DNA of 64,000 nucleotides, taken from the sequence record NC_061418.1. One strand, given 5' to 3'. The notes beneath the pieces were generated by a model. The model saw nothing but the letters and a program-made list of their open reading frames with translations. It was not told the origin of the DNA and did no database searches. Each line of letters starts with the position of its first letter. Positions within the stretch are counted from its first letter, which is position 1. A program made the position numbers and the translations under genes. Below, one piece after another: positions 34,272 to 42,366 of the stretch.

Positions 34272-35507
34272 TTACGCCGGATCAGGGTTAGCGTTATCGG
34301 ACGTCAAGGTTTGATCGATGACGGCGACTTTCTCCTTAGGGTGTTTGATCTTAAACCGTCTACGCATCTGATAAAGGTAATTATCATCATCACCAACGTA
34401 TTTTACCTCATAACCTACCCGATCAAAATAGGTGATCTCATCAGGTTTATCCGACGCCTTGACTAACGACACCACTACTTTATCATTAAAACGCTTAGAG
34501 GTAACTTCGACCCAAGATTGGAATTTTTGCGACGGGAACATAGGTTTTGTGAAGTTAATCACGAAACGCGCCCCTCTAAACCAAACGAGTTCATCCCCAA
34601 CCAATTTCGCGTCCAGTGGAATCATTGCGATCAGTCGGGCCAAAGGTGCCACTAGTGTACGGGGGAGAGTTTCACCACGGAACATTCCGCCGATAGGGAC
34701 AATTTCGTTACCGTTTTCGTAATCGTCTGTCCAATAAACGTTATCTAAACTCATGAGCGCTCTTTTACGGGTTTTCTGATCAAAGGTACCCATCAGCTTA
34801 ATGAACCGAGTAAAAAGCGCACTGAGTGCTTCCTGTTGGCCTTTACAAATAAAGAATGATTCAAGATTGATATAGTCACCGTTAATAAACCCCGCGGCTT
34901 GTGTAACAGCGCGGGTGTCGGAAAATGCGGCGGCGTGTTCAGGAGATATTTCTAACGCACCGTCGCGATCGGCGTAAAAGTGTTTTTTAATATCGTCGGG
35001 CTGGACCCACGGGAAAGTCACTTCTACCGACGAATAAAAATTGTGGTAACCAATAAAGTCACTGCTGTAGGCAGAAGGAGTGTAGAAAATTCGACCGTCT
35101 AAAAATCGTGCGACACCGTCATCATCCATGAAGATGGCACTACAACGTTTGTTCTGCCTGGAACCAAAACTGTGTTCGACCCATTCGTTTTCTTCACCTG
35201 TCAGTGGTGTTAATGGACGATAGCTCACCAGGGTAATGAATTGCCCCAGTAGCTGATCACGTTTAGCGTCATCAAGAGTGGGGTTCTCAAACAACAAGCG
35301 ACTGAAACCGGAAAGTAATGAACTGTTATCGTCGATAGGAGTCAGCGATTTTCGCCAGGCTTTGAGGGAACCGATTAAAATCCCGGCACTGCCACCGGAG
35401 TGCCCTTGATCATGCCAGATATCAAACGCTGCACGTAAAATGGAACGACTTTCTTCATCGAGCTTAGCGAATTCAAATTCCGCTTCGAAGTGGGACTGTA
35501 AATTCAT
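34272..35507 (-). CDS. hypothetical protein with a conserved phage N-terminal domain
   Basis: 411 aa; QGHSGGSA...PLTPLTGEENEW...QNKRCS motif string typical of a widespread phage family of unknown function. Confidence 0.75.
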   Translation of the reverse strand: MNLQSHFEAEFEFAKLDEESRSILRAAFDIWHDQGHSGGSAGILIGSLKAWRKSLTPIDDNSSLLSGFSRLLFENPTLDDAKRDQLLGQFITLVSYRPLTPLTGEENEWVEHSFGSRQNKRCSAIFMDDDGVARFLDGRIFYTPSAYSSDFIGYHNFYSSVEVTFPWVQPDDIKKHFYADRDGALEISPEHAAAFSDTRAVTQAAGFINGDYINLESFFICKGQQEALSALFTRFIKLMGTFDQKTRKRALMSLDNVYWTDDYENGNEIVPIGGMFRGETLPRTLVAPLARLIAMIPLDAKLVGDELVWFRGARFVINFTKPMFPSQKFQSWVEVTSKRFNDKVVVSLVKASDKPDEITYFDRVGYEVKYVGDDDNYLYQMRRRFKIKHPKEKVAVIDQTLTSDNANPDPA

Positions 35508-35690
35508 CTTTATTTCCTTAGCTTATTTTCGATTAGTTGATTGTATAAAGCGTATTCTCTGTGCGTTTTAATAACGACTTTCTTCTTATTATCAGACTAA
35601 AGGCGAAGTACGTAAAAAGATCTCTGAGCAAGGTATATCTTATGTTACGAACGCCCGTATTATCACCCTTTGCAAAGGTTATGACCCAAA

Positions 35691-36986
35691 ATGAAACATA
35701 CTCGTAAAGTACTCGAAGCCCTTGCTTCTACTCCCTCTTTGGAAGCCCAAGCGTTTATCGATATCCCGGAAGGCGACGCTGGTGAGTTAGGTTTACTGGC
35801 CCTCGAAGCCTATGAGCTGACCAGTGAGGTGGTCGATCAACTCGATGAATCTGCGATTCTCGATGACAAATCCGAACGCGGTGAACTCCTGAAAGATTTT
35901 ATCAGTAGTGAAGTCGTAGGCGAAGATCGTATCGCCACCCCGGCTGAAATTGCGCTTATCGAACAAGCGACCGATGCGGTAGTTGACGGCACCGGCGAAA
36001 CCGTAGAAACCGTCATCCCTTCTCTGGAAGCATTTGAAATCAAAGGCGCGTCTGAACCTGCCCTTGAAGCGCTCGGCGAAACCGTCAGTAACTTCATGAA
36101 AGGCGCGGTTCAGTTAGTCAAGAACGCCGGCGAGTCTTTCAAGAAATATGTGAAAGGACTGTTCTCTCGTTTGGAAGCTCTGAAGAATCTGGTGTCTTCC
36201 GTCGAGAAGAAAGCGGCTGATGCAGAGTTTAAAGACAGTGTTCCGGTCAGTGAATCTTCCTCGGTTTACGTTGCGTGGGACAATAACAGTTTCGCAACGA
36301 CGTTTGACAAAGCCGTATCCGGTTTTGAGACTATCGCCAAGAAAACTGCGGAACTCTCCGGCCCGTATTCCCAGAAAGTCCTGACCAAGCATGATGAATT
36401 CGTTAACCTGGTACAGAAGACTTTTGATACCTCGTTAGGTCGCGGCGATGCCAAAGCAAACAGCCGTAATGATCTCGCGAAAAAGTTCATCGCTAATGCT
36501 GAGGCGTTAGACGCACTGTTCCAGAGTACCTTTACCGATGGTAAAGCGTTCGGCGGGATTTATATTTCTAACGGCGAAAGACTGGAGAAGAGCGAAGACT
36601 TCCGCGCTGTCTCGAAAAGCATTGGCGAGTCCGTACCGGATATCTACTTAGCCGGGAACACCGACGGTCGCGCCTTTGAAATGACCGGCGTAAACAAAGA
36701 ATCTGTGCGCCGTCTTTGCCAGATGGTCAAAGGGACGATGGGAAGTCTCTCCCGTACCAAAGTGACCGGTACCATGTTTAACGTTAACTTCTTTACTACG
36801 CACACCGACTTTGGTTTGGCAAGCTCTATCGTATTCGGGATCAGTAGCACCCAGTACCAAACCGCGATTAACCGCGTTAACCGGGCGTACATCAAAGCTT
36901 ACACGAAACCGTTGATGCAATTTATCAACCACTTCTTCCGTGTGGCCGAAGCCCAGCTGAATGTGGCCAAAAAAGCAATGAAATAA
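35691..36986 (+). CDS. internal head (ejection) protein with acidic propeptide, phiKZ-like paralog family
   Basis: Acidic N-terminal ~125 aa with SLE/ALE sites (aa 16-18, 37-39, 111-113, 124-126) matching the phiKZ/SPN3US prohead protease S/A-x-E motif; TATG at 35641. Confidence 0.75.
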   Translation: MKHTRKVLEALASTPSLEAQAFIDIPEGDAGELGLLALEAYELTSEVVDQLDESAILDDKSERGELLKDFISSEVVGEDRIATPAEIALIEQATDAVVDGTGETVETVIPSLEAFEIKGASEPALEALGETVSNFMKGAVQLVKNAGESFKKYVKGLFSRLEALKNLVSSVEKKAADAEFKDSVPVSESSSVYVAWDNNSFATTFDKAVSGFETIAKKTAELSGPYSQKVLTKHDEFVNLVQKTFDTSLGRGDAKANSRNDLAKKFIANAEALDALFQSTFTDGKAFGGIYISNGERLEKSEDFRAVSKSIGESVPDIYLAGNTDGRAFEMTGVNKESVRRLCQMVKGTMGSLSRTKVTGTMFNVNFFTTHTDFGLASSIVFGISSTQYQTAINRVNRAYIKAYTKPLMQFINHFFRVAEAQLNVAKKAMK

Positions 36987-36991
36987 AAGTA

Positions 36992-37021
36992 CTCCTCTCT
37001 CCGCTAAGGCGGAGAGAGGAG
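36992..37021. terminator. terminator hairpin between convergent genes
   Basis: CTCCTCTCTCCGC-TAAG-GCGGAGAGAGGAG. Confidence 0.8.
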
Positions 37022-37045
37022 CTATGAGTAGTTTTATCAGGTAAG

Positions 37046-37411
37046 CTATTTAACCACTTTCCCGTTGAGGAGATCCACGACAAAAGCGCGTTTCTTCGTG
37101 TCTTCAATGCCAGGGAGTACAACGGCTTGAATAGCTGCTGGCACCGAGCGATAAAGTTCCACGTCAATGTCCTTGGCGTCTTTCCCGACACGACTATCGG
37201 AATAGCCAATGATCGTGGATTCGATCTCTTTGACAATAACCTCCAAAGGGACCGTTAATGTTTTCCAACGATCTTTCGCACCGTCATAGATACGTTGTAG
37301 CGTATTCGCTTCGCTACTGTTCAGGTAGAGCAGATCGGTGAAATAGGTCAGGACCTGTTTATTCTGAACAAGGCGATTAAACAACTCGTTGTCGAAATCT
37401 TTGAGGTACAT
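37046..37411 (-). CDS. hypothetical protein
   Basis: 121 aa in the operon. Confidence 0.75.
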   Translation of the reverse strand: MYLKDFDNELFNRLVQNKQVLTYFTDLLYLNSSEANTLQRIYDGAKDRWKTLTVPLEVIVKEIESTIIGYSDSRVGKDAKDIDVELYRSVPAAIQAVVLPGIEDTKKRAFVVDLLNGKVVK

Positions 37412-37416
37412 AATCT

Positions 37417-37803
37417 CTATCCTTTATGTTTACCATATATCCGACCGTATTTGTCGGTATGCGTCACAAAATACTGCGTGTTCAGTTGAAGGAACGATTC
37501 CAGTTGCATTAGCATCCGATCAAAATCATTACTGATAGAAGCAATAGTAATGTTTCTCATCACTCCCTGAGAGTAACGACTAGGTTCGTCAATCAACGTG
37601 TTGACTTCGCAACGGAGCATGAAGAAGTTCGAACCGTCGGGTTCTGCATTCCCGTCGAGAATATACTCTTTCACACCGTAAGAGGAACGCATAATGGCCT
37701 GCCAGCCTCTCAACGCTTCTTTAGAACTGATCGGAGTAACATCAATCTCATTGATGCGAACGACGCTCTGTGCGATCTGATTCAATCTTTTGGTGGTGTC
37801 CAC
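37417..37803 (-). CDS. hypothetical protein
   Basis: 128 aa, GTG start. Confidence 0.7.
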   Translation of the reverse strand: MDTTKRLNQIAQSVVRINEIDVTPISSKEALRGWQAIMRSSYGVKEYILDGNAEPDGSNFFMLRCEVNTLIDEPSRYSQGVMRNITIASISNDFDRMLMQLESFLQLNTQYFVTHTDKYGRIYGKHKG

Positions 37804-37817
37804 TGAAATCCCTTTTG

Positions 37818-38471
37818 TTAGTCTTGTGACTCGTTAGATTCGAACTGAGTGCGTTTAATCGCTAACCAGGCTTCGGCGTGCTCAGGAAACTCCAGCAGTG
37901 TCGAACTGGCGATCCTATCCTCTATTTTCCCACGACCGTCCCACGGCTCGGCGTAGTAGTATTGCGGATGGACATTGGTCAGCGGGTTAATCGGGAACTC
38001 ATCCGCGCGCACCAGCCGGGCCGTACTGTAACCCTGCCAGTATTTGAACTGCGGTTTAGGGAAGTGATGAATAGCGTCATTGAAATAAATCGGGCCATCA
38101 ATTTCATATCTGATCAACCGGTGGCAACCACGGTGTACGTAATGGTCGTAATAATTCGACCACTTCCAATCGGCCAGGGTATTGGTTAATGGTCGCGGAG
38201 ATTGGTTGATCGAGAGTAACTCAATCGCTCTGACAACCTTAGGTGACAGTTCGAGAAGGTTCGCTTTTTCTTGCGCCTGCCTGATAAAATTCATCAATGG
38301 GAAGCGTGAGTTATTTTCCGAGTAGAAATCGCTTTGTTTTAAGAAAGAGGAGAAACGACTGAGTACTATCGCCGGTAATTTACTGTTGAGAAAAGGCGTG
38401 ACTTCGTGAATAAACTGCTTTTCTTTTTCGGTGAGATCTGCACCGTCTAAATGGATTTTGTTTTTATTCAT
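37818..38471 (-). CDS. hypothetical protein
   Basis: Likely start ATG 38471 (MNKNKIH) after GGGGG. Confidence 0.75.
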   Translation of the reverse strand: MNKNKIHLDGADLTEKEKQFIHEVTPFLNSKLPAIVLSRFSSFLKQSDFYSENNSRFPLMNFIRQAQEKANLLELSPKVVRAIELLSINQSPRPLTNTLADWKWSNYYDHYVHRGCHRLIRYEIDGPIYFNDAIHHFPKPQFKYWQGYSTARLVRADEFPINPLTNVHPQYYYAEPWDGRGKIEDRIASSTLLEFPEHAEAWLAIKRTQFESNESQD

Positions 38472-38497
38472 TTTAACCCCCGTAGATTTACTTTTAA

Positions 38498-39061
38498 TTA
38501 AACGCCATTGAAAAGACCGCGGGTAAAGTCCCGTTCGGCATCCACCGTCGTGAGACCCGACGTACAAAGAACACCCTGTATGAAACCCAACCAACGGTGT
38601 TTCTTGGAGAGACTCTGTTCCTGGTCATTGCGTAGGGTCTCTAACATCGAGAGTAAATGTAACGCAGAGAAATAACCCTCCCCTAACTTGTCGGTGTTAT
38701 CTTCGATCATTTTACGATAACGCCGTAGAATCTCAGGGTAGAATTTTTTTGGAACCAAACCGATATCACCCAAAAGGTTATGAAGATAACAATCCCCATT
38801 AATGACCGTGTCTTCCTTAACAACCGTCCGCTCGTCTAAAAGAAGTTCTTCAATCTCTTCTTCTGGATGGGCCGTCACCACGATGTCGATAGGAGTAGGA
38901 ATACCGTTGCTCCCTGTCCCGTCAATGAGCGTTAAGAACATGAACCCTGCTAACGAAAGGGCTTCTTCCTTCGTTCCCGCATTGCGGTTACAATATCGAA
39001 GTATTTGTTTAATGTCAGAGAGGAACATCTCTCTGAGTGTTTCAGCGGTATGTTCTGACAC
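38498..39061 (-). CDS. hypothetical protein with a conserved phage C-terminal domain
   Basis: KKHRWLGFIQGVL..G...V.AERDFTR motif. Confidence 0.75.
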   Translation of the reverse strand: MSEHTAETLREMFLSDIKQILRYCNRNAGTKEEALSLAGFMFLTLIDGTGSNGIPTPIDIVVTAHPEEEIEELLLDERTVVKEDTVINGDCYLHNLLGDIGLVPKKFYPEILRRYRKMIEDNTDKLGEGYFSALHLLSMLETLRNDQEQSLSKKHRWLGFIQGVLCTSGLTTVDAERDFTRGLFNGV

Positions 39062-39062
39062 G

Positions 39063-39344
39063 TTATAACCTCACGAAGAAGAGTGACCAGTTCATCATGG
39101 TCAGGCCGATGATCAAGTACAGGTAGCACCAGTTGAAAACGTACCTGGATGGGGATTTACGTTGACCTTCTCGTTTCAGGAGAAAAGAGAAAATCAATGA
39201 CAAAACCAGACCACCAAGTAAAAAGCACCCCGCCACTGAAGGCGGGAGGCGTATACCGGTAAAAGTTTTGAACAGAAAACCAACCAGGATCAGAATGAAC
39301 AAGAATACGAAGGAAACATTAGTACTGGGTGAAAATCGCTTCAT
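39063..39344 (-). CDS. membrane protein (3 TM)
   Basis: Three hydrophobic segments. Confidence 0.7.
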   Translation of the reverse strand: MKRFSPSTNVSFVFLFILILVGFLFKTFTGIRLPPSVAGCFLLGGLVLSLIFSFLLKREGQRKSPSRYVFNWCYLYLIIGLTMMNWSLFFVRL

Positions 39345-39346
39345 GA

Positions 39347-39934
39347 TTATTCAACGTCCGGATTACGAGGTTGTTGTAATGCCCAATGTTTAGAACAGAC
39401 AGAAACATACTGGTCATTACCACCCACGAGTACCTGAGGGCCGACCACTATAACATTACCTTCACCATCCAAACGCAGAACAAATCTGGCTTTTACCCCG
39501 CACCAACAAATTGTTGGTATCTCTTCGAGTTTATCAGCTATGGCTAAAAGAATCGCACTGGCCGGGAAAGTGTTCCGTTGAAAATCTGTCCGCAGCCCGT
39601 AACACAGAACGGTGACGTCGTAAAGGTCAACGAGCGATCGAAGTTCGTAAACGTGGAATGGCTCGAGGAATTGGGCTTCGTCGACCAAAATGACTTTAGG
39701 GTAATTACGATCCTTGTAAATGTCGTTTAGGAAAGAATCGTTTTTTCCTAGCATGACACAATTACCTTCTAACCCAATACGAGAAACCACTTTACCCACT
39801 TTATCTCGAGTATCAATCGTCGGTTTGTAGACATGAACCGACATCCCCCTTTCTCGGTAGTTGTACGCAGTTTGCAGTAGATTTGAAGATTTCGCCGAAT
39901 TCATGGCACCAAATCGGAAAACTAGTGCTGACAT
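39347..39934 (-). CDS. tdk: thymidine kinase (type II)
   Basis: P-loop GAMNSAKS, ILVDEAQF, CYGLRTDF and Zn-lasso ICWCG...YVSVCSKH. Confidence 0.95.
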   Translation of the reverse strand: MSALVFRFGAMNSAKSSNLLQTAYNYRERGMSVHVYKPTIDTRDKVGKVVSRIGLEGNCVMLGKNDSFLNDIYKDRNYPKVILVDEAQFLEPFHVYELRSLVDLYDVTVLCYGLRTDFQRNTFPASAILLAIADKLEEIPTICWCGVKARFVLRLDGEGNVIVVGPQVLVGGNDQYVSVCSKHWALQQPRNPDVE

Positions 39935-39937
39935 CAA

Positions 39938-40213
39938 TTACACTCCCGCCGCTACTAAAGTTAATATCACAACCAACCCAGAAATAACGGCGGCGAAATA
40001 ATACCACCGCCGCTGATTTTCTTTTTTGTTGTTTTTACCTACGGCATCAACACGCCATACGCAGAAAATCAATGAAAGAATACCTAACCCCACTATCGTA
40101 AAAACCGCCCATAGACTGGGGTTGAGTTGATGTATTTTTTCGGATAACACCGCGACAGTGAGAATAACGAAAAACATCACAAACGAGAAATACGTACTAG
40201 GCGCCCAAGTCAT
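39938..40213 (-). CDS. membrane protein (3 TM)
   Basis: Three hydrophobic segments. Confidence 0.7.
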   Translation of the reverse strand: MTWAPSTYFSFVMFFVILTVAVLSEKIHQLNPSLWAVFTIVGLGILSLIFCVWRVDAVGKNNKKENQRRWYYFAAVISGLVVILTLVAAGV

Positions 40214-40227
40214 CTTCTTTCCTTACT

Positions 40228-40836
40228 TTAACCGTAGTAATCTACGCATTCAATGACCCATGCGTGAAACGCAATGGCCGCGCTTTCTGTTTGAAAGGTA
40301 ATTTCTTTATCGTCGATGAAAACGGTCGTATCATTTCGTGCGACGAGATTGACAGCTTTCCAGCGCACGTAAACAACCGCGCCGCCGGCGGCACCGGTCT
40401 CATGATAACTGAAACTGAATTTGTTTTCGTCGGCATTATCTTCAACCTCAGAGAAGAATTTAATGTCTTTTTCTGAGAATGGTTCCGCGTCATCACCAAT
40501 AAAATAACTGGAAGGAGACGGCATAGGTTTAGTATCATCAACGATCCCGTATGACTTCAACCAAAGGTCGGTAATGATATCTTTTGCCAGTGACGCGGAA
40601 CGGTCAGTGGGGAAATGTAAAAAAGCTTCTTTCTCACCTAAAACAAGAGCCACTGCCTGAGACCAAGGTAAATTTACCCCAGTTAATTCGGTGAAAGAGA
40701 CAATTTCCAAATTATTTTTTGATCTGAGGGCGATGCCGCCGGTACCAAGATCGTTAAAAAGGCCAAGTAGCGAATTAAGTTCAATATCAGTTAATTCCGC
40801 ATCGTCAGGGAGGTATTTATTGAGGGTGGCGTTCAT
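40228..40836 (-). CDS. hypothetical protein
   Basis: 202 aa; GGAG RBS. Confidence 0.75.
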   Translation of the reverse strand: MNATLNKYLPDDAELTDIELNSLLGLFNDLGTGGIALRSKNNLEIVSFTELTGVNLPWSQAVALVLGEKEAFLHFPTDRSASLAKDIITDLWLKSYGIVDDTKPMPSPSSYFIGDDAEPFSEKDIKFFSEVEDNADENKFSFSYHETGAAGGAVVYVRWKAVNLVARNDTTVFIDDKEITFQTESAAIAFHAWVIECVDYYG

Positions 40837-40848
40837 ACCGCTAAACTC

Positions 40849-41214
40849 CTATTTTACATTTCGTTTAAACAAGAATATGATAAGTCCAGGGTCCAACTCT
40901 GAAGATCCCTGGTATTCATACTCTGGATCAATCTCTTTCAGTAACTCGCCGATACGTTGACGCAGAAGATTAATTTGGGTTGCCAAGACAAATCGATAAT
41001 TGACTTCGCTGCCACCCCAAATAAAACGATTATTACTTTTAATCTGCACGATCAACCTACCGTTGTCGAGGTCTACTACCACAGTATTATTTAATGAAGC
41101 AGAATCGACAACCGACCCATTCTGTTTGTGATCAAACAGTTTACGTAAAATATCAAAAATGCGGTCGGATGTTTTTTGATATTCAATTGAACGTAATAAG
41201 GGCGAAGTCGTCAT
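40849..41214 (-). CDS. hypothetical protein
   Basis: 121 aa with ATGA overlap. Confidence 0.75.
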   Translation of the reverse strand: MTTSPLLRSIEYQKTSDRIFDILRKLFDHKQNGSVVDSASLNNTVVVDLDNGRLIVQIKSNNRFIWGGSEVNYRFVLATQINLLRQRIGELLKEIDPEYEYQGSSELDPGLIIFLFKRNVK

Positions 41215-41555
41215 AGCGCGGCACCCACCGTGTTCTTACGCACAGTGAAAGAAATCCCGGAAGTTTCAATGAGACTTTCCGTCTTATAGTCGTTTTCCGG
41301 TAGGAAGGCGACCAATAAATCTTTCAACGTTTCGACGTCTGCTGCGAGGGTAGTCGGATCATCCGTCCAATACGTTCCGTCAGGGTGAGTGATGTTGATA
41401 CGCAACATATTTGCTGACACTTCGGCGCCGACTTCGTAATGTCCTGCCCATCCGTACATTTGGGTATTTTCATTATTTTCAGCGTAGGCTTTGTAGACCG
41501 CGCTGGCATCGGAAAACTCTCGTTTAAATTCTTCGATTAAATGTTTGGCGATCAT
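41211..41555 (-). CDS. hypothetical protein
   Basis: Likely start ATG 41555 overlapping the upstream TGA. Confidence 0.75.
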   Translation of the reverse strand: MIAKHLIEEFKREFSDASAVYKAYAENNENTQMYGWAGHYEVGAEVSANMLRINITHPDGTYWTDDPTTLAADVETLKDLLVAFLPENDYKTESLIETSGISFTVRKNTVGAAL

Positions 41556-42139
41556 CGTGAACTCCCCATTGTTTTTTCTAACCAATCAAAGACGATCTGA
41601 TGAGAAAGGTCGTAGATGTTGATGCAAGGGATATCACGATCCCTTGCAATTTTAAAGGCAGACCGAGTACCGCCTTTCGGAAGTCCTTCGGAGTCCTCTG
41701 GCGCACACGCGATCAAAAACGCTGACGGCGATTCAACGTCTTCGCCAAGAATCTGAAAGACATTGCGAATATGGAAACGCTTTTGGCCGTCAGTTAAACG
41801 ATCCCAGACCGGGTGAACGGTCGAGATAATAGCCTCTGCTTTCGCAATGCTTTCCGGGCTGTAGTCGTAACGATCGTAGCGATCAGAGACAAAGACGTTG
41901 TCACGCTCGAAGGTTTTCCACGGAAGAAAGATCTGTGGGTCACGAATATAGTCCGCCGCTGAAAGCGAGTTCTCAAAACCCGATTGAAACGCTTGGTCGG
42001 CACCCGGCGCTTTCCCGGAGCGGATTGAGAACCCCTGTTCGCAAAGAAAGAACCCTAACTCTTTACAGAACGAAAAGTGTGCCTGTCCTAAGTCAGTGGA
42101 TCCTATCGTTGTCACGTAAGCAAATTCGGTCTTTTCCAT
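41552..42139 (-). CDS. stand-alone SLOG (DprA/Smf/YspA-like Rossmann) protein
   Basis: IGS..., IRSGKAPGADQAF, RNVFQILG, GGTRSAFKIA..IPCINI motifs. Confidence 0.75.
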   Translation of the reverse strand: MEKTEFAYVTTIGSTDLGQAHFSFCKELGFFLCEQGFSIRSGKAPGADQAFQSGFENSLSAADYIRDPQIFLPWKTFERDNVFVSDRYDRYDYSPESIAKAEAIISTVHPVWDRLTDGQKRFHIRNVFQILGEDVESPSAFLIACAPEDSEGLPKGGTRSAFKIARDRDIPCINIYDLSHQIVFDWLEKTMGSSR

Positions 42140-42151
42140 ACTCCCTCCAAA

Positions 42152-42232
42152 TTATTCATCGTCATCGTCATCGCTGTCGTCGTTGCTTTGACCCAGTAAA
42201 ACCAAAACCAGTAAATCGAGTAAATCAGACAT
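42152..42232 (-). CDS. 26-aa micropeptide with hydrophobic core and poly-Asp tail
   Basis: Hand-translated MSDLLDLLVLVLLGQSNDDSDDDDDE; TAAGGTG RBS; first ORF after the TATATCAC motif; not in the track. Confidence 0.55.
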   Translation of the reverse strand: MSDLLDLLVLVLLGQSNDDSDDDDDE

Positions 42233-42270
42233 TGTTTAATCACCTTATTTTTTGTTAATGATGTTAACTG

Positions 42271-42285
42271 CAATAGGGTGATATA
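42271..42285 (-). promoter_or_regulatory. candidate early promoter TATATCACNNTATTG
   Basis: Minus-strand TATATCAC-CC-TATTG. Confidence 0.6.
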
Positions 42286-42366
42286 GTTATCAAACTAATT
42301 GGAACGGTAGTGAAAAGAGAACGGTAATTTTCCTATGACAATAACCCCATGAGAAAGGTAACGGTA

